A stretch of 64,000 nt of DNA, taken from positions 219,543 through 283,542 of the forward strand of contig CAVSMU010000007.1 in assembly GCA_963729075.1 (NCBI GenBank), read 5' to 3'. The position numbers and the translations under genes are program-made. This DNA is from an uncultured Solirubrobacterales bacterium. GTDB lineage: Bacteria; Actinomycetota; Thermoleophilia; Solirubrobacterales; 70-9. How positions within the stretch are numbered: the stretch's first letter is position 1; every line of letters begins with the position of its first letter. Below are positions 46,107-55,532 of the stretch, piece by piece. The notes beneath the pieces are model-generated. The model made no database searches. It was not told where the DNA came from and saw only the letters and a list, made by a program, of their open reading frames with translations.

Positions 46107-47285
46107 ATGACGGCGCTCGCGGCCCGCCTCACCCCCGCCCACATCGCGTTCGCTGGGATCTTCGTCGTGACCGGCCTCGGCCTGCTCTCGGTCGGCGCAA
46201 CGCTGCCGGTGCTGCCGCGCTACGTCACCGGCCCGCTCGGCGGCGGCGACCTCGAGGTCGGGATCGTCACGGGCGCGTTTGCGATCACCGGGCTCGCCTG
46301 CCGCCCGCTGGCCGGGCACCTGGCCGACCGGCGCGGCCGGCGCCGCGTGGTCATCCTCGGCTCGCTGGCGACCGTGATCTCCGGGTTGCTGCTGTTCGTC
46401 CCGGCGGGGGTGCCCGGCCTGATCGTCTCGCGGCTGTTCCTGGGCGCCGGCGAGGGGGCGGTCTACACGGCCGGCGCGGCCTGGATCGTCGATCTGGCGC
46501 CGCCCGACCGCCGCGGCCGCATCATCGGCCTCTACGGGCTCGCGATCTGGGGCGGGCTGGCCCTCGGGCCGCCGATCGGTGAGCTGATCCTGCAGGCCGC
46601 GAGCTTCGAGGCGGTCTGGGCGTTCGCCACCGCGGCGCCGCTCGTCGGGGCCCTCGTGGCGATGCGGATCCCCGAGCGCTTCCGCCCCAGAACGGGCCTC
46701 GACTACGAGCGCTCGCTGCTCGCCCACGAGGCGCTGCGCCCGGGCCTCGGGCTATCGCTCGCGATCGTCGGCTACGCCGCGATGGCCGCGTTCGTCGTCC
46801 TGCACCTCGACGAGCGCGCGGTGGGTCACGGTGCGGCGGTGTTCGCAGCGTTCGCCGCCACCGTGGTCGCGACGCGGGTCGTCGGCGGCTGGCTGCCCGA
46901 CCGCTACGGCCCGATCCGGTGCGCCGTCGGCGCCGGTGCGGTCGAATGCGCCGGGCTCCTCACGATCGCCGCCTCCGACAGCCTCGGGGCGGCGCTGGTG
47001 GGCGCGATCGCGATGGGGGCCGGCTTCTCGCTGCTCTTCCCGTCGCTGGCGCTGCTCGTCATCAACCGGGTCCCGATCGAGCGCCGCGGCGTCGCCATGG
47101 GCACGTTCACCGCGTTCTTCGACCTCGGCATGGGGCTCGGCGGCCCGCTGACCGGGGCCGCTGCCGCCGTCGGCGGCTACTCGGCGGCGTTCGTGCTCGC
47201 CGCGGCATGCGCGCTCGGGACCGTCACGGTCGCGCTCTCGCTCAGAAGAGCTTGGGCTGGGGTGCCGGCGACGGCCCCTCCGTAG
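46107..47285 (+). CDS. MFS transporter
   Basis: 392 aa, 12 hydrophobic segments, LADRRGRRRV loop motif. Confidence 0.85.
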   Translation: MTALAARLTPAHIAFAGIFVVTGLGLLSVGATLPVLPRYVTGPLGGGDLEVGIVTGAFAITGLACRPLAGHLADRRGRRRVVILGSLATVISGLLLFVPAGVPGLIVSRLFLGAGEGAVYTAGAAWIVDLAPPDRRGRIIGLYGLAIWGGLALGPPIGELILQAASFEAVWAFATAAPLVGALVAMRIPERFRPRTGLDYERSLLAHEALRPGLGLSLAIVGYAAMAAFVVLHLDERAVGHGAAVFAAFAATVVATRVVGGWLPDRYGPIRCAVGAGAVECAGLLTIAASDSLGAALVGAIAMGAGFSLLFPSLALLVINRVPIERRGVAMGTFTAFFDLGMGLGGPLTGAAAAVGGYSAAFVLAAACALGTVTVALSLRRAWAGVPATAPP

Positions 47286-48267
47286 CGGGCTCTGGCTCGG
47301 CCGCCGGGTTCACGCGCAGCCGGCGCGGCCGCGAGGGCCCGCGCGCGAGATCCGAGAGCCGCCGGGCCTCGTCCTTGGGCAGGTAGGCGCCGCGACGGTA
47401 CAGCTCCTCGTAGCGAGGCACGAGGTCGGGCCGATACTGGCGCAGCCAGTCGAACCAGATCTCCTTGACCTCTCCGCGCAGGTGCAGGCCGATGCCGCTC
47501 ACGCTCTCGGCGCCCGCCTCACCCAGCAGCCCGAGCAGCTCCTCGACCTGCTCAGGGTCGTCGTTGACGCCGGGGATCAGCGGGGCCACCAGCACCCCGG
47601 TCGGGATCCCGCTGCGGACCAGCTCCGCCACCGCCTCGATCCGCTTGCGCGGATGGGGCGTGTGCGGCTCGGTCGCCCGCCACGCCTTCTCCTCGAGCGT
47701 CGGGATCGACAGGTTCGCGCTGAATTCGGTCCGTTCGACCAGCTCGCGGAACACGTCGAGATCGCGCAGCAGGAGCGGCGACTTGGTCAACACCGAGCAC
47801 GGATTGGAGAAATCACGCATCGCCTCCCAGACGCCGCGGGTGAGCCGATAGCGGCCCTCGACCCACTGGTACGGGTCCGTGTTGGTGCCGAGCGCGACGT
47901 GATCGCGCTTCCACGACGGCCGCCGCAGCTCGGTGCGCAGCACCTCGGGCGCGTTGACCTTGACCACGATCTCGCGCTCGAAGTCCTCGCGGGCGTTCAG
48001 GTCGAGGTAGGTGTGAGTGGGGCGAGCGAAGCAGTAGACCTATAAGACGCACGCATGGGTGCACCCGCGGTACGGGTTGATGGTCCAGCGGAACGGCATG
48101 CGCGAGCGCTTCGGAACGTGATTGAGCGCCGAGCGCGCTTCCACTTCGTGAAAGCGAACGCCGAGCGCCTCCGGAGCGTCGAACGTGCGAACCACTGCGT
48201 CACCCACCCCGGGCAGCGCACCCTGCGTGCAGGCTCCCTTCTCGAGGTTTTCCCAACGCACGAACAC
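47242..48267 (-). pseudogene. Rv2578c-like radical SAM protein interrupted by an in-frame TAG inside the CxxxCxxC motif
   Basis: Track ORFs 48040..48267 (..[13 protein letters not shown]) and 47242..47967 share one frame. Read-through gives [41 protein letters not shown], so a 9-nt insertion carries the stop. Confidence 0.85.
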
Positions 48268-48324
48268 ATGTTCGCAGATCGCGCGGACGAACCCCGGCGC
48301 TGCAGACTGATAGCTTGCGAATAT

Positions 48325-48336
48325 ATAGCTAGCTAT
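48325..48336. promoter_or_regulatory. perfect palindrome ATAGCTAGCTAT (MarR operator candidate), with a further GATAGCT half-site at 48309-48315
   Basis: Lies in an AT-rich divergent region 22 nt upstream of the MarR ATG at 48358. GATAGCT...AGCTATC also form inverted copies. Confidence 0.55.
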
Positions 48337-48357
48337 CTATTGCTACACTCGCTCGCG

Positions 48358-48819
48358 ATGACCGCGACCGAGACCGACACGAGGACCGACTTCGACGCCG
48401 CCTGGGACGAGTTTCTCGGCGCCATGCGCCGCGCCCGCGGGCGGGCCCAGCAGGAGGCCGAGCGCGAGGGTCTCAGCATCGCCCAGTTCCAGCTGATCTA
48501 TCCGTTCGCCGACCTCGACCGGGGCGAGGGCCTCTCGGTTGGCGCCCTGGCCGAGGCCGCGGGGGTCGCGCCGCCCACCGCGACGCGGACCCTCGACGGG
48601 CTCGAGCGCCAGGGGATCGTCGAGCGCCGGCCCTCGAGCGAGGACCGCCGCAGCGTCAGCGTGCGGCTGACCGGGCGCGGCCGGAAGCTCCTGAACCGGA
48701 AGCGGGCACTGGTCGAGAAGAAGCGCGACGCCACGTACGCTTCGCTGGCGCCCGAGGACCGCGAGCGCGCCCCCGCCGTCCTGCGCGCGCTGGCCGCCGC
48801 AATCGCGGAGACGAGATGA
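48358..48819 (+). CDS. MarR-family transcriptional regulator
   Basis: ATG at 48358. wHTH region LSVGALAEAAGVAPPTATRTLDGLERQGIVERRPSSEDRRSVSVRLTGRG. Its stop overlaps the next start (ATGA). Confidence 0.88.
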   Translation: MTATETDTRTDFDAAWDEFLGAMRRARGRAQQEAEREGLSIAQFQLIYPFADLDRGEGLSVGALAEAAGVAPPTATRTLDGLERQGIVERRPSSEDRRSVSVRLTGRGRKLLNRKRALVEKKRDATYASLAPEDRERAPAVLRALAAAIAETR

Positions 48820-50268
48820 GCCACTCGCCGGGGCGCCAGCACTACGGGCTCACCCTCGGTGTGCTGCTGGTCGCCGCGCTGGCCTTCGCCCTGCAGCAGA
48901 CGATGGTCGCGCCGGCGCTGCCGGCGATCCAGGAGGAGTTCGGGACATCGACCACGACCGTGACCTTCGTGCTCACCGGCTTCCTGCTCACGGCGTCGGT
49001 CTCCACCCCGATCGTCGGCCGGCTCGGCGACATGTTCGGCAAGGAGCGCATGCTCGTGATCGCGCTCTCGGTCTTCGCGCTCGGCTCGCTCGTCTGCGCG
49101 CTCTCGCACTCGATCGAGGTCCTGATCGCCGGCCGCGCGATCCAGGGCATGGCGGCCGCGGTGTTCCCGCTCAGCCTTCGGGATCATCCGCGACGAGTTC
49201 CCGCCCGAGCGCGTCGCGACGGGCATCGGGCTGATCTCGGCCACGTTCGGGATCGGCGGCGGCGCCGGGCTGGTGCTCAGCGGCGTGATCGTCGACAACC
49301 TCGCCTACGAGTGGATCTTCTGGCTCGGGCTCGTGTTCATCGCCGTCGCGATCGTCGCCACGTTCCTCTGGGTTCCCGAGTCGCCGATCAAGAGCCCCGC
49401 CAGGATCGACTGGATCGGCGCCGGCCTGCTGTCCGCGACCCTCGTGTCGCTGCTCGTCGGGGTCAGCGAAGCGAACTCCTGGGGCTGGGGCTCGCCGCCG
49501 ATCCTCGCGCTGTTCGCCGGGGCGGTCGTGCTCGGCGCCGCCTGGGTCGCCTTCGAGCGTCGCCAGGCCGAGCCCCTGGTCGACATCGCGATGATGCGCG
49601 AGCGGGCGGTCGCGACTACGAACCTCACGGCGCTCCTCGTCGGCTTCGGAATGTTCGGCTCCTTCATCCTCATCCCGCAGCTCGTCCAGACGCCTCAGGC
49701 GAGCGGCTTCGGGTTCGGGGCGACGGTGACGCAGGCCGGCGTCTTCATGGCCCCGTCGGCGCTGATGATGCTGTTCGCCGGACCGCTCGCGGGCTGGCTC
49801 GGCTCGCGCTACGGCTCGCGTCTGCCGCTGCTGATCGGGACGGCGGTCGGATCGGCGAGCTTCGTCCTGTTGCTGCTCACCTACGACAGCCGCCTCGGGA
49901 TCTATTTCGCCTCGGCCGCGCTCGGGCTCGGGATCGGCTTCGCCTTCGCATCGATGGCGAATCTCGTGGTGGAGGCCGTGCATCCCAGCCGCACCGGGGT
50001 GGCGACCGGGATGAACACGATCATGCGCACGATCGGCGGCTCGCTCGGCGGCCAGATCGCCGCGAGCATCGTCGCGGCGCACGTCGCGCTCGCGACCGGC
50101 CTGCCGCAAGCCGCCGGCTTCGAGCTCGCGTTCGTGGTCTCCGCGGTCGGAATGGCGGGCGCGTTCGTCGCCGCCCTCGCGATCCCCAGGCGGCTGGCCT
50201 ACTCGCCCGCGAGGCACGCCCCGGCGCCCGCCGGCAGCGCGGGCGAGCCGGCGCTCGCCGCCGAGTAG
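48816..50268 (+). pseudogene. DHA2/EmrB-type MFS efflux transporter with a +1 frameshift near 49176
   Basis: The N-terminal frame (48816...) reads ...AAAVFPLS and then becomes Arg-rich nonsense. The +1 frame continues FGIIRDEFPPERVATGIGLISATFGIGGGAGLVLSGVIV..., joining track ORF 49273..50268. Removing one C at 49175/49176 restores a transporter of about 483 aa. Confidence 0.85.
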
Positions 50269-50277
50269 CCCGCCGGC

Positions 50278-51333
50278 TCAGAGCAGCGAGGTATCCAGCT
50301 CGGTCGGGACCACGGTCAGCGCGAGGACCGAGCCCTCGCGGACGAGCCTGGCGGTCGCGTCGCGGCCGATCCGCTCGGCGACCATGAGCCGCTGCAGGTC
50401 GGTGGCGGACTCGGTGGCGGCCCCGTCCAGCTCGAAGATCACGTCGCCGACGCGCAGGCCCGCGCGCTGCGCCGGGCTGCCGTCGATCACCTCGACCACC
50501 TCGACTCCCCGCTCGGCGCCGGTATCGGCACGGGCCCGCGGCGGCAGCGGGCGGGGCCCACCGGCGATCCCGACGTAGGCCCGCCGCACCCTGCCGTCGG
50601 AGATCAGGGCAGCGATGATCCGCTGGGTCGTCGCGCTCACTGGCACGGCCAGCCCGAGCCCGACGCCGGCGACCGCGGTGTTGACACCGACCACGTGCCC
50701 CCGGCCGTCCGCCAGCGCGCCGCCGGAGTTGCCCGGGTTGAGCGCGGCATCGGTCTGGATGACGTTGTCGATCACGCGCACTCCGCGGCCGGCGCGGGCC
50801 GGCAGCGCGCGGCCAAGCGCCGAGACGACGCCCGCGGTGACCGAGCCCTCGAACCCGTTCGGGTTGCCGATCGCGACCACGAGCTGCCCGACGCGCAGGC
50901 TCTCCGCGTCCCCGAGGGCGGCCGGCTCAAGCTGCGAGCCCTCGGCGCGCACGACGGCGAGATCGGAGAGCGGGTCACGGCCCTCGACCGTGAAGCGCAG
51001 CTCGCGGCCGTCGGTGAAGCGCGCCGATCCCCCCGCGTCCCTGCCGGCGACGACGTGGGCGGAGGTGAGGATGAACCCGTCGTGGGTGAGCACCACACCG
51101 CTCCCCGCCCCCGACTGCACGCGGCCGCGGCGCGTCTGGCGTTGAACCCGCAGGCTGGCGACCGAGGGCGAGAGCCGCTCGGCGACCCCGGACACGGCGC
51201 GGGAATACGCGTCGAGCGCCTCCGCCTCGCTGGGCTGGTCCAGGGCCTCGTCGGCGAGCGGAACATCGAACGCCGAGTGCGCGCTCGAGTCGTCGGCGGT
51301 GGCGGAGCCGTCGATCAGGCGGAGCGAGACCAT
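50278..51333 (-). CDS. S1C (HtrA/DegP-like) trypsin-like serine protease with a C-terminal PDZ domain
   Basis: Catalytic triad context LTSAHVV, D...V and NPGNSGGAL. PDZ-like GSPAQRAGLRVGDVIFELDG. Confidence 0.88.
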   Translation of the reverse strand: MVSLRLIDGSATADDSSAHSAFDVPLADEALDQPSEAEALDAYSRAVSGVAERLSPSVASLRVQRQTRRGRVQSGAGSGVVLTHDGFILTSAHVVAGRDAGGSARFTDGRELRFTVEGRDPLSDLAVVRAEGSQLEPAALGDAESLRVGQLVVAIGNPNGFEGSVTAGVVSALGRALPARAGRGVRVIDNVIQTDAALNPGNSGGALADGRGHVVGVNTAVAGVGLGLAVPVSATTQRIIAALISDGRVRRAYVGIAGGPRPLPPRARADTGAERGVEVVEVIDGSPAQRAGLRVGDVIFELDGAATESATDLQRLMVAERIGRDATARLVREGSVLALTVVPTELDTSLL

Positions 51334-51395
51334 CGGTCACAGGCTAGCCGGGTCGCCACTCCGGCCCGAGCGGGTCTGTCAGTTTCCAGAGGCGC

Positions 51396-53289
51396 ATGGA
51401 CCAGCTCGCCCGTCCGATCTTCGTTGTCGCGCCGCCGCAGTCGGGGGCGACGTACCTGTTCGAGGCGCTCGGCAGGTCACCGGACGCGCGCGTACTGGGC
51501 GTGCGCGGGCGCGCGGCGCTCGAGTTGGCGGAGGACCTCGGCCCGTCGGCACGCGGCTACGACAGCAACCGTCGCACGGCGGCGGACGCGACTCCGGACG
51601 TCGCCGCGCGGCTGCGTGCGGAGCTTCGCCGGCTGCTCGAGCGGCGAATCGACGATCCCGGTCAGCGGGAGCTGCGGCTGGTCGACGCGACCGCCCGCCA
51701 CGCCCTCCGCGTCCCGTTCCTGGACGCCCTCTTCCCGGATGCCGGCTTCGTCTACCTCTATCGCGAGCCCCGGGACACGCTGGCGAGCATGGTCGAAGCG
51801 TGGGAGTCCGCGGACTACGTCACCTATCCGGAGCTTCCCGGCTGGCCGGGCCCGCCCTGGTCGCTGTTGCTCATCCCGGGCTGGCGCGAGCTGGCGGGAC
51901 GGCCGGTGGCGGAGATCGCCGCGGAGCAATGGCTGACCACGACCCGGGTCCTGCTCCAGGACCTGCAAGAGCTGCCCCCCGAGCGCTGGTGCGTCGCCGA
52001 TCACGCGGCGCTCGCCGCCGACCCATCGTCGGAGGTCGCGCGGATCTGCGCGTTCCTGGAGCTCCGCGCACCCGATCGCCTCGACGAGCTGGGCGACGTG
52101 GCGAGCCACACAGCGATCCCGAGCTTGCGCGCCGCGACCGCGCGAACCGAGCTGCTCCAGGCGATCCTCCCGCGCACGACGGGCCTCGCCGAGCGCGCCC
52201 GCGACCTGCTCGCCGCTCCGGTCTCGCGACGCCCGACGCCGACCCCTGATGCCGAGTCCCCGCTGCGAAGCGTCTACACCGGCAGCGTCTCGAGCGTACT
52301 CGCGGAGCTCGGCGCCTCGCTGCTCATCAGCACCGGGGCAACCGACAGCCTGATCTGCGTTCGCCGCGACGGCGCCCGCGTCAACACGCACTTCCGCACG
52401 CTCGCCCGGCCGACCGGGATCGCCGCCGACGGCGACCGGATCGCGGTCGGCACCCGCGCCGAGGTCCACAGCTACCGCGATCGACTCTCGGTCGCCGCGG
52501 GCGGCGCTGCGGACACCGAGAACGATGCGCTGTTCCTCCCCCTCGCCCGCCACTACACCGGCGACATCGACGTGCACGAGCTCGCCTATGCCGGCGATGA
52601 GCTGTGGCTGGCGGCGACCCGGTTCTCCTGCCTGGCGACCCTCGACCGGGAGCACAGCTTCGTTCCCCGGTGGCGGCCGCCGTTCGTCTCAGAGCTCGCC
52701 GGCGACGATCGCTGTCACCTCACCGGCCTGACAACCGTCGGCGAACGAGTGGGTTTCGTCACCGCACTCGGGGAAAGCGACGCTCCCGGCGGCTGGCGCG
52801 AGCGAAAGCTCGACGGTGGTTGCGTGATCGCCGTGCCCTCCGGCGAGGTCGTCGCGCGGGGCCTCTCGCTGCCCCACTCCCCGCGCTGGCACGCGGACCG
52901 CCTGTGGTTCCTGGAGTCCGGGAGGGGCGCCCTGTGCACGCTCGATCCCGACGGCGGCGAGCAGGAAATCGTGCTCGAGCTGCCGGGCTTCGCACGCGGG
53001 CTCGCCCTCGCCGGCCGGCTCGCCTTCGTCGGGCTCTCACGGCTGCGCGAAGGCCCGGGCTACGAGGGCCTTCCGGTCGCGGGGCGCTTCGAGGAGCGCT
53101 TCTGCGGCGTGTGGATCGTCGACGTCGAGCGCGGCGAGCAGGTCGGCTTCCTGCGCTTCGAGGAGCGGATCACCGAGGTCTTCGACGTGGCGCTGCTGGC
53201 CGGAATCCGGTTCCCCGAGCTCGCGGACCCGGCGGGCGAGCTCGCCCGCGACTCGTTCGCGCTCTCCCGACCGGTCGCCCGGTCCCTAG
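51396..53289 (+). CDS. sulfotransferase-TIGR03032 (DUF4915) fusion protein. The ORF is formally open to 54548 because its stop appears lost.
   Basis: The N-terminus has PAPS-binding motifs: IFVVAPPQSGATYL (5'-PSB) and YLYREPRDTLASM (3'-PB). The C-terminal ~340 aa carry ATRFSCLATLDREHSFVPRWRPPF, DDRCHLTGL, LPHSPRW and CGVWIVDVERGEQVGFLRFE. Homology to the paralog ends at about 53285. Beyond that point the frame is antisense to the convergent repeat gene. Confidence 0.8.
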
Positions 53290-55371
53290 CGCCCCTTCTC
53301 CTTGACCACCTCGCAGTTGCGCGAGACGCGGTCGATCGAGTCGACCTTCGCGGTGTCCTTGCCGCCGCCGCAGTTGACCTTGTCGGCCGTCCGGTCGATC
53401 GAGTTGATCTTGTCCTTGCCGCCGTTGCCTTTGATCTCGTCCTTGGCGTTGCCGCCCTTGATCCGGTCCTTGCCGGCGCCGCCGGCGACCTTGTCTTTGC
53501 CATCGCCGCCCTTGACCTTGTCCTTGCCGCCCTTTCCCTTGAGGCGGTCCTTGCCGTCGCCGCCGTCCACATTGTCCTTGCCGGCGCCGCCCGTCGCGGT
53601 GTCGTTGCCGGCGTCGCCGGTGACGAGGTCGGCGCCCTCGTCGCCGTTCGCGGTGTCGTCGCCGTCGCCGCCAAAGACGCAGTCGGTGGCCGCGAGGCCG
53701 TTGAGCGTGTCGTTGGCGGCCCCGCCGATCATCAGGTCGGTCTCCGGAGTGCCGCTGAGCGTCTCGTCCACGGCGCTGGCCGGGAATGCGTGCGCGGGCA
53801 GGTCGCGGCAGGTCTGGACCTCGACCGAGCCGATGTCCGTGTCGTCCGAGCCGTTGCGGTTGGGGATCGAGGGTATCTCGACCGTGCGCGGGAAGCCGCG
53901 CTGGTCGGTGGTCAGCCCGTTGGCCACCCCCGCGTCGATCACCGGGCTCGTGAACAGCGGCTCGTGGGTCTGGGTCGGGCCGCCGTTGTTGGCCAGCGGG
54001 CCGAGCTGGGCGTCGACGCCGGTGATGTTCGTGCCCGGCGGGGTCTCGGTGATCGCCGCGCCGGCCGGGTTCTGGATCAGGCTGTAGCCGACGTTGAACT
54101 GCTCATCCGGGATCGCGTTCTCGCCGAGGTCGGGGCCAAGCGGCGCGGTGTTGGCGGCGACGATCGTGCTCGAGACGCCGAAGACGTCGTACCCCGGCCG
54201 CGCCGGGTCGTCGGCCCGGAACGCGTAGATGCCGCCTCCTCGATCCCCCGCGCGGTTGCCGACGACCGTGGAGTTGAGGATCGTCCGCGGCTTGTCGGGG
54301 TCGTTGAAGCTGCCGATTCCGCCGCCGTAGCCGCTCCCGTCGCCGTTCGAGTCCGCGGTGTTGCCCGAGATGGTCGAGTTCTCGATCCTCAGCGCGCCCT
54401 CGATCGAGCGGGCGAGGATCCCGCCGCCGCGATCCACGGCCCTGTTACCGGCGACGGTGGTGCCGCGAATCGTGACGTCGCCGATGTAGTTGGCCGTTGT
54501 AGCCGTAGAAGACCATCGCGCCGCCGTCGTTCGCCGACGAGTTGTTGACGAAGTTCGAGTGCTCGATCAGCGCGCCGCCGTCGGTGTCGTTCTGCGCGTA
54601 GAACTTGAGCGCGCCGCCGCCGTGATTCGGGCCGTTGACGGCGTTGCCGCTGAACGTGCTGTTGCGGATCGTCAACGCGGTCTTGCCGGGATCGGCGTTG
54701 TTCATGTACAGCGCCCCGCCGCCGTAGAGGGTGGCGACGTTGCCGGTCAGGGCCGAGTCGAGGATCGCCAGGGAGCCGTAGTCGACCCGGATCGCGCCGC
54801 CGCCTTCGGCCCGGTTGCCGGTCAGCACGGAGTCGGCGATCGTCACGTCGGGCGCGAAGTTGGGCGCGACGGCGCCCGTGTTGTCGCTGTAGAACGCCCC
54901 GCCCAGCCCGCCGGAGAGGCCGCGCGTCAGCGTCAGCCCCGAGATCCGCACCGGCCGGTTCGGGGTGTCGAAGTCGGTGGCGGAGAAGATCCGGTCGAGG
55001 TTGTTGCCGTCGACGGTGATCTGGTTCGCGCCCGGCCCCCGGATGTCGATGCCGTCGAAGTAGATCTCGATGTCGCTGTCGGCGCCCGTGAGTGTGATCG
55101 TCCCGCTGAGCCCCGACTGGAAGACGACGGTGTCGTCGCCGTCGAGCCGGTTCGCGTCGACTACCGCCTGGCGCAGGCTGCCCGCGCCGTCGTTGTTCAG
55201 GTTCGCGACCGTGAACAAGGCCGCGTCGGCCGCCGGAGCGAAGACGACCGTGGCGCCGATTCCCGCGCCGGCCGCGAGCGCCGCCTTCGAGTTCACACCG
55301 AGCGGTCGGCGCCGCTTCTCGTCGCGCTCGATCCGATGCCGACGGGCCCTGCGCATCTGACGCTCCGACAC
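53286..55371 (-). pseudogene. secreted right-handed beta-helix protein with C-terminal calcium-binding (GGxGxD-type) nonapeptide repeats; frameshifted near 54492-54496
   Basis: Track ORFs 54445..55371 and 53286..54437 are one gene. Frame A ends ..MVFYGYNG then nonsense (QLHRRRHDSRHHRRR*). The adjacent frame continues NYIGDVTIRGTTVAGNRAVDRGGGILARS.. N-terminal signal peptide (..VVFAPAADA), then GSLRQAVVDAN and beta-helix repeats (SGN/TGN motifs). Confidence 0.82.
53403..53672 (-). repeat. ten tandem 27-nt units encoding nonapeptides (GGDGKDRLK-type) in the beta-helix protein C-terminus
   Basis: Units read GGDGDDTAN/GDEGADLVT/GDAGNDTAT/GGAGKDNVD/GGDGKDRLK/GKGGKDKVK/GGDGKDKVA/GGAGKDRIK/GGNAKDEIK/GNGGKDKIN. 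The DNA shows a recurring ttgtccttgccgcc periodicity. Confidence 0.85.
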
Positions 55372-55532
55372 GATCCCTCCCGAACTTCAGTAGTCCTTGC
55401 CGGTCCGGCTCAGCCGACCAGCGCCTGCAAACCGACGGTACGCCGGTCCGTCGGAGGTTGTCAAGCGCGCCCGCGCGAGTAGGCTAGGCCGCGGCGACCG
55501 GGACTCGAGCCGCCGCGGGGACGCTCAGAGCC

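Noticed and set aside
48040-48042. The in-frame TAG in the radical SAM gene as programmed recoding (pyrrolysine or suppressor read-through).
   Set aside because: The TAG arrives with two extra codons that break the CxxxCxxC spacing, so even read-through would give a defective cluster site. I see no pyl genes or recoding signals in the window, and nothing in the gene content suggests such a system.
53403-53672. 27-nt periodic DNA repeats as a possible CRISPR array or minisatellite.
   Set aside because: The units are contiguous with no unique spacers. They are in-frame within a long ORF and encode calcium-binding-type nonapeptides.
53290-54548. The C-terminal ~420 residues of the 1050-aa track ORF (VDRVDLRGVLAAAAVDLVGRPVDRVDLVLAAVAFDLV...) as a possible novel repeat domain.
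   Set aside because: This stretch is the exact antisense reading of the GGxGxD nonapeptide repeats and beta-helix repeats of the minus-strand gene. The paralog at 55533 ends at the equivalent of about 53285. A one-base correction restores a stop at 53287-53289.
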